A DNA stretch of 64,000 bases from Felis catus (taxonomy: Eukaryota), in NCBI RefSeq assembly GCF_018350175.1, contig NC_058369.1, forward strand, positions 11,842,001 to 11,906,000. Direction: 5' to 3'. This document shows, in pieces, positions 47,667 through 59,691 of this stretch. The number at the start of each line of letters is the position of its first letter. The first letter of the stretch is position 1. Position numbers and translations under genes: made by a program. Below the pieces are notes generated by a model, which had not been told where the DNA came from, ran no database searches, and was given only the letters and a program-made list of their open reading frames with translations.

Positions 47667-48242
47667 AGAAATGTTCTTCCAGGCTTATTTTGTATGGAAA
47701 TATTCTAGGTGCAGGATCTAGCAATGACCCAGGACTAGGTCTCTGCTCTCCCCTTTTCATGGTCCATTGAGAGAACCTTTCATATAACCAAACATGACAA
47801 TACACAGCGGTCAGAGGTGTGATGAGGGCAGCCTAGGGATCTGCAGAAGCTAAGGGTGAGTCACAGACCCAGCCTGCAATTTAGAGACTTTGGCAATTGG
47901 TAGTGTCTACATTGAGACATGATGCTTAATTGACTGAGCCACCAGGCACCTCTCACCTGAATTTTGAAGTGCTTTGTGGCACAGGTTAAGGAACTGACGA
48001 GTGGAGGTAGGGTCACACAAGGAGCAGGTGGCGAGCATGTCGCTGGGGTCGTTGTGATCATCCTCACTTGCTATGGCCACATGAAGATCCCCCCTGCCAT
48101 CTCCAGTTCTGGCTTCTGTCCCCAAGGTTGAGAGCAGGGGTAAGTCCATGGGCTGTTGTAGAAAATAATCTACTTTTTATTTTGGTACTGGTTTGCATAG
48201 CCACTTTTCTCTTCTGGGTGTGTATTTTAAGGACCTTAGTTT

Positions 48243-48471
48243 GGGGGCGCCTAGGTGGCTCAGTCAGTTAAGCATCCGACTTCAGCTCAGGTCATGATCT
48301 CACAGTTAGTGAGTTCGAGCCCCACATCAGGCTCTGTGCTGACAGCTTAGAGCCTGGAGCCTGCTTCAAATTCTGTGTCTCCCTCTCTCTCGGTTCCTCC
48401 CCTGCTCATGCTCTGTCTCTCTCTCTCCTTCAAAAATAAATAAAAATATTTTTTTAAATTTAAATAAAAAA
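48243..48471 (+). mobile_element. SINEC
   Basis: TSD gaccttagtttg. Confidence 0.9.
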
Positions 48472-49364
48472 AGACCTTAGTTTGTATTCTTTAAAAATTA
48501 GTATAAAAATTCGAAGTATTACACTTTGTAAACTAAATTATATATCTTGCATTTCATTAGCTTAGTAGTTGGAACCACTTAGTCTTCAGCCACAAGACTA
48601 CTTGTTAGAGTACCAAGGAAAAAATGTTATTTGTGCTTTGAGATTGGTCACGGAAAAGAAAATAGCAACAAGCAGTAAAAAGATGAATTTAAACATACTG
48701 TAACATTATTACATATATGTTATATACACTTAGGTATATATGTTCACATGGGTATATACACATTCATTCTAGTGGTTCTGCTTTTCTGGGGAACCCTGAC
48801 TAACACAAAAACCTTAAAAGAAAAAGAGGCCTTGTAAAAATGTCCCTCTTCCATCTAAAGAGATGAGACCCAGACCTCAGGATCCCTGGTGGTTTGTCCT
48901 GTGGGTAAGCATTTCCCCCAGTTCAGCCCCTGCAACTCAGCGTCTCTCTGAGGATGTGCGTGATGCTGTGTCTTTACTCTAACTCAGGGGCCCCATCACA
49001 CAGGAGGGTGAGCATCCCTCCTGAGTCACACAGTCCACGTCGAGCACGGAGACCGTTCCTGCTGTCCTCCAGCTCCTGCTCCGATAGTGTTGGTTGAGGG
49101 CACACCGCACCCCAGGCCCTGTGCTGGGGCCCCTGCAGCTACACGGTCAGGTGAGTCCTCAAAACACACCCCAATGAGCAAACCCTGCAGCTGGGCTACC
49201 GGGACTCCTTCACCTTTGTTGACCGAATTCCAAGGACACTCAGCACTTCTCGAGAGCCATCTCAACGCCCCAGGTCTTCTCCACAAAGAAGAATGGTCTA
49301 AGAATCTGGCTTGAAACTAATTGTAAAGTGAAACCTAATAACATTTAATGTCAAGATGCTATTT

Positions 49365-49800
49365 CACGAGTCAGTTCCTGGGGCCGCTGTAACAAAGCAT
49401 ATAAACCTTGTGCCCTGAAACCACACACATCTATCCTCTTCTATGCTGGAGGCCAGAAGCCGAATCAGGGTCACCAGGTGTGAGTCCAGGTGTGAGCAGG
49501 GCTGCATCCTTCAGGGGATCCTGGGAGGGATGAGTCTCCTGCTTTCCCAGCTTCAAGGGCACCATGCATCCCCTGGCTCGGCTCATGGTTCCTGCCTCAG
49601 CTACTCCAATTCCTCCTTCCGGTGTCACATCCCCTACTGCTCCCTGTCTCTGGCCCCTCCTGCCCCCTTGTATAAGGACACTTGCAATTATAGCAGCCCA
49701 TCTGGGTGACGAGGGTAATCCCCCTGTCTCAGATCTTAACTGCATCTCATCTGCACACTCTCTCTTGCTGGGTAAGGGAACGCAGCCACAGGCTCTGGAG
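49365..49800. mobile_element. MLT1-type MaLR solo LTR (duplicate)
   Basis: Near-identical to 33940-34375. Confidence 0.75.
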
Positions 49801-50172
49801 AAGCACATCCTGTGTGTGTGTGTGGCGGGAGGGGGGGGGGTGTGGGGGCATCTGTCAGTAACACCGATAATGAGTAAATGATGAATGGAACCCCCAAACT
49901 GCCTTAGCCGGTTTTGCCAAGCTCTCGTTGTCAGTGTTCATGAGATGTCTCATGAACTCCTCTGGAGTCCGTGTTTCCCTCTGGCTGTGTGAAACGGGTG
50001 TGTGCCTAGGACTGCACCTGCCCTCCTTCCCTGAAAGGGTTCTCTTCCTTCTAATGACAGCCTTCTTGGACAGAAATAATGTATTTTCTTTTCTGCACTT
50101 GGCGTAATTAAAACATATGCTTATACAACACTGGGCACAGACCCTGATAGGAAAAGTCCGATGATGATGGCA

Positions 50173-50178
50173 TTTATT
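50173..50178 (-). terminator. Candidate polyadenylation signal of gene D
   Basis: AATAAA ~400 nt after the stop; position shared with genes A and B. Confidence 0.4.
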
Positions 50179-50574
50179 ATTATGCTTATTGTTGTTTTTC
50201 CTTATAGAGGAAGACGGGAAAATCCTCCTTTGCTTGTCCATTCAAGAACCATTGGCATCAGTGCCCAGATACATCCATGTGATGCCCCCCACTGGCCCAT
50301 AGGTAGATAACACATTCTTAGACAGAAGTAATGGGATAGAGTTGATCACATGGGGTCTTAAACAAGAGATCATGATCCCTAGAGCCTATGCAAGAGGGGA
50401 GCACACAAATTGGGGAAAAACAAATACCTAGCAGGTATCCAACACCTATGGGTGCATCCAACAATATCTTTTCAGTATTTACATATATTGAATCCCTACA
50501 ATAGTCCTATGGAGACAATGTTATTATTTTCAGCCCTTCTGTCATATTTCCTCACCACCATGTCTCTTCCAGTG

Positions 50575-51525
50575 TCAGGAGCTTAAGGGACTGAATTTTC
50601 TCTGGAAGCTTTTCTTTATGGCATTCTTGAGCTCCTTATTCCTGAGGCTGAAAATGATCGGACTGAGAAAGGGGGTGAAGACTATATAGGTGGTAGCCAT
50701 CAGGGTGTTACTGTCCATAGAATGGGGGCCCTTGGGCTTGAGGTAGATAATGGAGGCAAAGCCATAGTGCACAATGACCACAGTGAGGTGGGACACACAC
50801 GTGGAGAAAGTCTTGTGCCTGCCTTCAGCAGAAGGGATCCGCAATATGGCGGCCACGATGAAGACATAGGAGAGGACGATGAGGAATAAGCAGCCCATCA
50901 GAGCTGAGACACACACCAGGATCACACCCAAGGTGACAGAGGATGTCTCCTTCCCACAGGCCAACTTTAGAAGGGAAAGCACGTGGCAGGCAAAATGGTG
51001 GATCACATTAGACCCACAGAAGGTGAGGTGAAAAACTATCAGGGTCACCATCATCCCCATGATCGAGCCACCAGCCCAGGACCAGGACACGAGGCAGGCA
51101 CAGCCACGGGGGCTCATGAGCACATTGTAGCGCAGGGGGTGGCAGATGGCCACGTAGCGGTCGTAGCCCATGATCATGAGCAGGAAGGAGTGTGTGAAGC
51201 CAAACGTGAAGGAGAAAAACATCTGGCTGGCACAGGCCGCCCAGGTGATGGTGCGGTGGGTGGAGAGCATGTCAACCAGCATGCGAGGGGTGATGGCAAC
51301 GGTGAACAGAATCTCGGAGGTGGACAAGGCGCACAGGAAGAGGTACATGGGCGTGTGCAGGCTGCGCTCGCTCCAGACTGTGGTCATGATGAGCAGGTTC
51401 CCCAGCAGCGTGAACAGGTACATGAGCAGGTACAGCAGGAAGAAAGCGGGCAGGAGATGCCGTGGGAAGTTAGAGAATCCCACGAGGATGAACTCAGTCA
51501 CCATGCTATAGTTCTGACCAGGCAC
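50575..51525 (-). CDS. OR10H4-like: Olfactory receptor OR10H3/OR10H4-like (gene D); open frame but codon 1 is GTG; first in-frame ATG at 51504 gives 309 aa
   Basis: Full 7TM frame without stops; minus strand reads cagtactcGTGcctggtcag where paralogs read cagcacccATGcct/gct. Confidence 0.85.
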   Translation of the reverse strand: MPGQNYSMVTEFILVGFSNFPRHLLPAFFLLYLLMYLFTLLGNLLIMTTVWSERSLHTPMYLFLCALSTSEILFTVAITPRMLVDMLSTHRTITWAACASQMFFSFTFGFTHSFLLMIMGYDRYVAICHPLRYNVLMSPRGCACLVSWSWAGGSIMGMMVTLIVFHLTFCGSNVIHHFACHVLSLLKLACGKETSSVTLGVILVCVSALMGCLFLIVLSYVFIVAAILRIPSAEGRHKTFSTCVSHLTVVIVHYGFASIIYLKPKGPHSMDSNTLMATTYIVFTPFLSPIIFSLRNKELKNAIKKSFQRKFSPLSS

Positions 51526-51914
51526 GAGTACTGCATCTGGTGAGATCAGAAAGGGAATGAGGGTGTGTAATTTATCCCATGAATGACAAGGATGATTCAG
51601 AATAAACCTATCATATAGTTAGTTGCATGAATAAGTTAAAAAGGAAATGTCATATAATTATATCAATCTAGAAAGCTATCCTGGATTGCTAAAGTTCAAT
51701 TCCTATATGGTTTTTAAAATTGATTTATAACTGACATACATTATATTATTTTAATACACAGCATAATGATGATATGTTTATATATCTTGAAGATTTTTTT
51801 TAAAGCTTTGTCAACATCAAATCAACTGAGACTTTCTTAGTTAACTAAGAATACATGCCACAAACTAGGAAATAGTACAAGAAGTGGGAGACAGATAGAT
51901 GCATTATTTTATAA

Positions 51915-52140
51915 AATTTTTTTAACGTTTGTTCATTTTTTGAAAGATAGAGAGAGACAGAGTGCGAGCAGGGAAGGGGCAGAGAGAGAGAGAGAGAGAT
52001 GGAGATACAGAATCTGAAGCAGGCTCCAGGCTCTGAGCTGTCAGCACAGAGCCAGATACAGGGCTGGAACTCACGGAACTGTGAGATCATGACCTAAGCT
52101 GAAGTTGGACGCTTAACTGACTGAGCCACCCGGGCACCCC
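51915..52140 (-). mobile_element. SINEC
   Basis: Head/CT/tail structure. Confidence 0.88.
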
Positions 52141-52507
52141 TAAATAGACTATTTTAAAATCAGAAACAAGCCAAGGTTACTCACTGTCTCGGCTGTTCAT
52201 TAGCAGGGGACTGAAAGCCAGGAGAGGTGCTTGAGGATTGTTAAAGAAAGAAGGAATACCAGGATTGGAAGCAAAGAGACGTGATCATCTACCTAGAAAG
52301 GTGCAAGAACGAAGGCAGAAAATCTTTGAGCAAAGACAGAACACATGCTGTGGAAGACAGATCAACTTCCCAAACTCATAGCATCTCCCATAGAATTGCA
52401 CTCATAGTAATCATGTGAAAGAATTCAAGGAAAAAGCAAGGTAACATTCCCAATAGTGACACAAACTATAAGGAGACAGTTGTCAAACATGTTGGTTGCA
52501 GTATTTC

Positions 52508-52716
52508 TTTTCTTTTTTTAAGTTTCATTTATTTTTGAAAGACAGAGTGTGCCCAGGGGGAAGGGGCAGAGAGAGAGAGGGAGACAGAGGATCCACAGTG
52601 GGCTCTGTGCTGACAGCATAGAGCCAGATGTGAGGCTTGAACTCAGGGACCAAACCATGAGATCACGACCTGAGCCAAAGTCAGACCCTTAGCCAACTGA
52701 GCCACCCAGGTGCCCC
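52508..52716 (-). mobile_element. SINEC
   Basis: TSD ttggttgcagtatttcttt. Confidence 0.9.
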
Positions 52717-52882
52717 CATTTGGTTGCAGTATTTCTTTATGTTAAAAAAAAACTATTGAGTCCCCTTGAAAGCTCTTGCTTGAGTGAGTTAGAACTCTCC
52801 ATTCTTACTATATTAGTAATTTAAACTGAGATTCTTTGAAAATATTGAATTCTTAACCCATTTAAAAGTGCAATAATCAACC

Positions 52883-53210
52883 CGGGCGCCTGGGTGGCTC
52901 AGTCAGTTGAGCGTCCGACTTTAGCTCAGGTCATGATCTCACGGTTCGTGGGTTCGAGCCCCACGTCGGGCTCTGTGCTGAGCGTGGAGCTGACTTAGGA
53001 CTCTCTCCTGGGGCACCCGGGTGGCTCAGTTGGTTAAACGTCCGACTTCAGCTCAGGTCATGATCTCATGGCTTGTGAGTTCAAGCCCCATGTTGGGCTC
53101 TGTGCTGGAAGCTCAGAGCCTGGAGCCTGTTTCGGATTCTGTGTCTCCCTCTCTCTCTGCCCCTCCCTCACTCACACTCTGTCTCTCTCAAAAATAAACA
53201 TCAAAAAAAT
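52883..53210 (+). mobile_element. Two SINECs (3'-truncated 52883-53008 followed by 53009-53210)
   Basis: Two tRNA-like heads, one tail. Confidence 0.85.
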
Positions 53211-53596
53211 TTTTTTTACTATCTAGAAATTAACCAAACACATGCAATACTTCCAAGGACAGAAACTGTAACCATGGATAGATATGTAGACGATGGTCTG
53301 CCTACATGGAAAGCTATAAATCCATGTGTACTCTTAGATGGGATGAGCTAATATAGCACTTATGTCGGTTCCTCCCCAAATTATGCTCAGTGCAGCTGCA
53401 TTTACAATTAGAGAAGTTAAATTTAAGAAGTATCATAAGCCTACTTCTGAAAAATAAAGTCAGTGAAAAACTGTACAGGTCTTCTAAAAACGAAGCACAC
53501 AAGAGAGACAGAGAGATGTCCCTCATGGCGTTGAGACTCACTACCAAATCAGAATCATTTGTTTTTTTATTTTATTTTTTCCAACTAGCCATTCTT

Positions 53597-53795
53597 CTTT
53601 TTTTTTTATGTTTATGTATTTTTGAGAGACAGAGTGCAAGCAGGGGAGGGGCAGAGAGAGAGAGGGAGACACAGAGTCCGTAGCAGGCTCTAGGTTCTGA
53701 GCTGTCACATAGGGCAGGGCTCAAACTCACAAATCATGAAATCATGACCTGAGCCGAAGTCAGATGCTTAACCGACTGAGCCACCCAGGTGCCCC
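53597..53795 (-). mobile_element. SINEC
   Basis: TSD-like ca(a/g)cta(g/t)ccattcttct. Confidence 0.88.
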
Positions 53796-54157
53796 ACAGC
53801 TATCCATTCTTCTATTGATACAGCATCATTTTTTAAAGTGAGACCCTGGGGCAGACAGAGGTGATGTGTGTGATGCCCAGATTGGATACCTAAGAAAATA
53901 TCCCTGCATGATTCAAAACTGGGAGCACAAACCAAATGAAAAAAGGGAAGGATGGTTTACTGATTTGTGGTGGGAAAACTGGTCATTTTAGGAAGCAGTG
54001 TAAATCTGAATTCTTGCCTAAGGCCCCATGCAATCTAGATGGATTTCACACATAAAATGAAATATAACATTAATAGAAGGATTCAGGAGAATAACTTTGC
54101 TATGTAAGAGTGAAGAAGGACTTCTCAACCAAATCTCAAACACAAATGTTAAAGTGA

Positions 54158-54486
54158 AGTGGAGAAAAGGCAACCCTCTTGCCCTTTGCTGGGAATGCAA
54201 ACTGGGTAGCTCTCTGGAAAACAGTGTGGACATTCCTCAAAAAGTTAAAAATAGATCTACCCTATATCCAGCATTTTCACTACTAGGTATTTACCCAAAG
54301 AACATTAAAATACCAGTTAAAATGGAAATAGGCACCCCAATGTTAATAGCAGCATTACCTACAGTATCTAAATTATAGAAGCAGTCCAATTGCTTGATAA
54401 AGAAGATGTGGTTCATATGTACAATGGAATATTGCTCAACCATAAAAATGACTGAAATCTTGCCATTTACAAAACATGGATGGACT
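54158..54486 (+). mobile_element. L1 ORF2 3' fragment (likely paralog of the L1 at 1-410)
   Basis: gtggagaaaagg...aatattgctcaaccataaaaa...catggatggac matches positions 1-56. Confidence 0.8.
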
Positions 54487-54701
54487 GGGGCACCTGGGTG
54501 GCTCAGTCGGTTATGCTTCTGACTGCGGCTCAGGTCATGATCTCGCGGTTTGTGAGTTTGAGCCCCATGTCGGGCTCTGGGCTGACAGAAGCAATCTCTG
54601 TGCTGACAGCAGGAGCCCAATATAGGGCTCAAACTCATGAACTGTGAGACCATGACCTGAGCCAAAGTTGTACACTGACCCAACTGAGGCACCCAGGTAC
54701 C
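54487..54701. mobile_element. Two SINEC 5' halves in inverted orientation (fold-back)
   Basis: + head 54487-54590 abuts a - head 54595-54701; both tails missing. Confidence 0.85.
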
Positions 54702-54983
54702 ACAAATTCCATTCTTAGTACAAAATGTTAACTCCTTGGGAAAAAATAGACATAAAAACTTCCCCAAGGATTTTGTTCAACAAAGGATATCCAGGATACG
54801 TGAACAGGCAGGTGGAAATTTGGGAAAGGAGCCGATGCATTGACTAAAATTGACCAGGGAATACTGTCTAGAGTAAATAAGAAACGAGTCACATTAAGAA
54901 GTAGACTCCATACAGAAACAAGTCCAGGACATGAGCAGAGACCCCACAGAAGGGGTTACACAGGCAAGTGAACAGATGGCTCT

Positions 54984-55129
54984 TTTTTTTCACAGAAATT
55001 TTTATTTTTATTTTTTTAATATATGAAATTTATTACCACACAACACCCAGTGCTCATCCCAAAAGATGCCCTCTTCAATACCCACCACCCACCATCCCCT
55101 CCCTCCCACACCCCATCAGCCCTCAGTTT
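54984..55129 (-). mobile_element. Very short felid L1 3' end insertion
   Basis: TSD tgaacagat(g/a)g; empty sites at 779-798 and ~21515. Confidence 0.85.
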
Positions 55130-56067
55130 TGAACAGATAGTTTCAAGACAAGGAAAGGGAAGGGGAAAACGACCCTGAGATTTCCCTGTACACCTATTCA
55201 TTTCCCCAGATTAGGAAGTGCCCGGTGCCCACAGCTATACGGGGAGGGATCAATCCCGCGGCCTGCGGGTGAGAACCGAGAATGGAGAAGTGCAACCTTC
55301 ACGTGCACCTGAACCTCTATCTCCATGGCGCACACCTACCTGGACGGACCCTGTGGGATGAAGCCCCGCTTGTAGTGCGGGAACGGACAAGCCTGCTTGG
55401 GAACCGTAACTGGGAAGGGGGCAGGTCCCACGGGCCAGATGCAAACCCTGGAGCCCCAGCCAGGAGTTCCATGCACACACAGCAGCATAAATGAAGCCGT
55501 AAAATGACACCGAGTGAATGAGGCAAAAGGCAGCTCAACTCTCCAGCATAATTGCATTTGGGCGTATTAAAAACAGAGCACCTGACACTATTCTGTGGGA
55601 TGCTGGAACGCTGTATACATGCCACTATCCACTGCTCCAAACCCACAGGCTGCAACACAGTGAGCCCTAGTGTAAATGTGGGTGGAGTTACTATAACGTG
55701 TCCTGATTGGTTCACCAGTGGAACAAATGCCCCACACTACTACCAGATTGTACAACGTTTAGCAGCATCCCTGGCCTCAGCCCTCCAGATCCCGGTAGCA
55801 TCCCTCCCTCCCCATGAGCTGTGACAACAAAAGGGCCTCCGGGCATGTGCAAGTATTTCAGGGGGACAGGATCAGTCCCAATCAACAATAGTGACCTAGA
55901 AGCTGCAAAGGTCACTAGGCTGAGTGAGGAACCCAGGACCCAGCAGGGGCAACCCGAGAAAAGTCCCACCAGCTCCCAAGGCTAAGAGCCTGTCTTACCA
56001 CCTTTCTCCCCAGTCCTGTTCCCACCCCCAACCGGGGCTTGCTCCCCACAACTGCCTAAATATTGCC

Positions 56068-56636
56068 ACCTACCCTGTCCCTCCTGGTCCCCTCGTGCTG
56101 GGCTGCCTCTTCCAGGAAGTAGCCAGCAGGGGAAGACAGAAGATGCTCTCTTGGGTTATTCTGTCAGCAGCACACAGGGGCAGGTGTGGGGCCAGACCTC
56201 TGGGCTCCTGGAACTGATGCTGTGTGCTTTATCCCTGTTGCAACTTCCCATCCTGCTGCTCCCCAGGGCCTCCCTGGGACACCAATCTGGAAGGCTGTCC
56301 TCAGGGTCTGGAGAGGCCAAGAGGATCATCAGAGGGCCTCTGGGGACCTGCAACCTCTACTCCTTCCTCCAACTCCCCAACACAACCAAGACTCCCTGCT
56401 GTCTCTGGTGCCCAGAGAGCCCCAGTCCCTACTGAGGACTAGGAGCTCCCAGTCTTGGGGGAAACAGGGCTGGAGTAGATGCCCTCAATCCCTTAGGGTC
56501 AGGGCAGGGACAGGAGGAAGGCAGGAGCTGGAGCAGCCCAGAGTGGAAATCCACTGGGAATCCAGTGGGAATCCAGGGCTCTGCCCTGGGGTCAAGGCAG
56601 CTGGAGGGCTTCCCACAATAAGGGTAATTTAGAGCT
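56068..56636 (-). promoter_or_regulatory. Putative promoter + non-coding exon 1 of gene D
   Basis: TAAT 56625, tandem O/E-like TCCCCAGGG and TCCCTGGGA 56260-56279, GATAAA 56233-56228, donor 56073-56068; 4.5 kb upstream of the CDS. Confidence 0.6.
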
Positions 56637-57500
56637 GGGTCATAGGGAGCGATTTCTCCTTGTCAATAGAAATGTTCACTGTCTCCTGGACACACTGGAT
56701 TGCCCCACTTCGCCTCATGGTCAAGTTCGACCCTATCCCTGTCGTCCTGGTGATCTGAGCCTGAGGGTCCACATCAACATAAGCCTTTCTGTGATACAAT
56801 CAAGCAAATATTTGGTCTCCTATGTTGTCCATGTTCATTGACCACCGAGGAGAGTCTTGTATGCTCACGAGGTGACTGGTAGCTGTGGGTTTAACATTAT
56901 ATCACATCTTCTGCCTCCAACTCAAACATCTGGCCTCACCTTTGAGTAGTAGTTTAGATCCACAGAAAGCCCCCTTCCTGGATCCTCAGACCTATGGTTT
57001 CCCAATCCCCAGCATGGGAGTCAGACAGACCTCAATCTCCATGTGACCCTTTCCTTCACACGTTGTGTGACCTCCACCAACTGTTCTCATCTGCATAAAG
57101 GGGGTACCCATACCCTTTACCTCTCTTTGTGCATCTTGAGATAGCACTGTGCCTGCAACAAATCCCCCAAATAGATTCTTCCAAACTCAGGAATGAGAAA
57201 TTGATGCTTATGGAAAGTAATGTGGGGAAAAAGGGAAAAGACTTTCCATAAGCTGTCAGAAAGCAAAACCCTTTTAACATGCCTTATGTTCTTATCTAAG
57301 CACTGATCCCCCTCCCCTTTCTCTCTCTTTTCCTCCCTATTCCTCTCCCCCTCTCTTCCTCTCTCACTCTCCCTTCCCTTTCCCTTCCTCTTATGAAAAG
57401 TGCCTGTTACCAACCTCCTTCTCATTCTTTATACCTTTCCCAGATTTTGCCCTGTATGCACTTTATCCAACTTCCTGTTCAGATCCCACTAATCTGTCTG

Positions 57501-57538
<38 letters not shown>

Positions 57539-58125
57539 CCCCTTCACCTTCTGAACCAGCTTAGCATAGAAAATCACCATTAGGGTCTATTACTTCAAGG
57601 CAGTGAGGAATAATAAATAGGAACCATTATCTTGAAAACAAATGATTTGTTTTCTTTTGTGCATTTCTTATAATTAATAAAAACAATACTATCAAACACT
57701 GGATACAGTGCTTGATAAGACAAGGCCCAATGTTGGTGGCACTTATTATTGTTCTTATTTTTGTTTAACCACCTGATGGATGAGGTGAAAGTCTTCCTTT
57801 CCTTGTCCAGTCAAGAAGAACCATGTGCACCAATGCCCAGACACATCCATGTGGTGCCCCCCACCTGCCCATAAGAAGATAACACACTCTTAGATAGAAC
57901 TGATGGGATGGAGTTCATCACACAGGGTCAAGAACAAAAGATCATGACCACTAGAATCTATGCAAGAAGGAGGCAAACAAATTGGGGAAAAACAAATACC
58001 CAGCATGCGTCCAACAGCTATGGTTGTGTGTATTTTCATATAATGAATCCTTACAACAGTCCAATAGAGACAGATGTTATTATCCCCAGCCCTTCTGTCA
58101 TATTTCTTCACCACCAAACTGGTTG

Positions 58126-58320
58126 TCAGGAGGTTAGGGAAATGAATTTTCTTTGGAAGTTCCTCCTTATGGTGTTCTTGAGTTCCTTATTCCAGAGGCC
58201 ACCAGTCCAGAAACAAGACACAAGATGGGCACAGCCACAGGGACTCATGTGCACATTGTAGCACATGGGATGGCGGGTGGCCAGGTGGTGATCATAGCCC
58301 ATGATGATGAGCGAAAAGAG
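58126..58320 (-). pseudogene. Degenerate OR10H pseudogene (psi3), 5'-truncated with internal TM4-TM7 deletion
   Basis: 58200-58320 resembles LIIMGYD..AICHP..MSPCGCA..VSW; it joins directly at ~58198 to an LxNKELKN...FISLTS* terminus. Confidence 0.85.
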
Positions 58321-58334
58321 TATCCTATGTGTTC

Positions 58335-58520
58335 NNNNNNNNNNNNNNNNNNNNNNNNNNNNNNNNNNNNNNNNNNNNNNNNNNNNNNNNNNNNNNNNNN
58401 NNNNNNNNNNNNNNNNNNNNNNNNNNNNNNNNNNNNNNNNNNNNNNNNNNNNNNNNNNNNNNNNNNNNNNNNNNNNNNNNNNNNNNNNNNNNNNNNNNNN
58501 NNNNNNNNNNNNNNNNNNNN
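58335..58520. other. Assembly gap (186 N)
   Basis: N run. Confidence 1.
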
Positions 58521-58718
58521 TGGCTCAGTCAGTTAAGCATCTGACTTGGTTTAGGTTCAGGTCATGATCTCATGGTTCATGAGATGGAGTCCCACATCAG
58601 GCACCGTGGCTGACAGCTCAGAACCTGCTTGAGATTCTCTCTCTGCCTGTCTTTCTGCCCCTCCCCTGCTCACACACTCTCCTTATCAAAATAAATAAAT
58701 AAATAAATAATTTAAAAA
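58521..58718 (+). mobile_element. SINEC (head partly in gap)
   Basis: tggctcagtcagttaagc...(AAAT)n tail. Confidence 0.85.
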
Positions 58719-59691
58719 ATGTCATTCAAGGCTTATTTTACATGGAAATCTTATAGGTGCTAGGATCCAGCATTGACCCAGGACTAGGTCTCTGCTCTCT
58801 CCTATTCATGGTCTACTGAAGGAAGCTGTCATATAATGAAAGATGACTGCACAGAGTGATCAGAGGTGTAATGAGGGCACCCTAGGGATCTGCAGAAGTC
58901 AAGCGTGGGTCAGAAGCCCAGCCTGCAATTTAGAGACTTGGGCGATACGTGGTGGCTACATTGAGACCTGAAGGGAGAGTAGGTATGATTCAGATGACAC
59001 AGCAGGTGGAAGACGGGCTTCCAGCAAGAGCAAAGGCTCAGGGTGACAGAGGCATGGTGCATTTGGGGACGATGGCTGTCCAGTGCACCCTGGAGAGTTG
59101 GAGGTGGCTCTGGGGATTCTGAATTGTGAAGGCAGACGGGTGGGTAGGGCAAGATCATGCAAAACCATGGCGTCCACTTAAGGAGTTTGTTCCAAGGACA
59201 ATGGGGGTACTCTAAATACGTTTAAAATACATACAGAAAAGACCTGTATGGTATTCTATTATGTAAATATATTCACAGATGTTTCCACTTGGGGGTCCTA
59301 TGACATCTACTACATGTTCCTTCGTGGATTAATACTTACATGTTGTGTTGGGTCTGAAGCTAGCAGTGTAAATGCTGAGTCATAGGGGATACCTATGTTC
59401 AGCTTGAATAGATTCTGCCAAATGGCTTTCCAAAGTAATTATACCAATAGGTACATTTTAAGCCCATGCACCATGGTCAGATTCCTGTTTGTAGGGAGTC
59501 CCCCTGGCTACTGTGAGGGAAGCAGGCTGCTGAGGGCCAGCAGGGTGGGAAGACGCAGGAAGAGATGGGCAGAGGTGCGCGTGGGCATCCTGGACTGGGT
59601 CGAGTGGCAGACTGGAGGTTGATTTCAGAGGCAGAATGGACTGTGTTGCTGATTGGACAGAGGGACACAGGAAGTGAGCTGTTTCTACGCC

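Larger units (their letters stand above)
33560..47920. repeat. Tandem duplication unit (direct partner ~48985-58970; also 34390-41760 similar to 5830-14770)
   Basis: Same order in both units: CpG block, MLT1, OR 3' flank, OR CDS, intron, promoter module, psi 3' flank, psiOR, L2. Confidence 0.8.

Noticed and set aside
54984-55020. Possible tiny 3' transduction (cacagaaa between T tracts) in the short L1
   Set aside because: Too short to tell from a mutated polyA tail.
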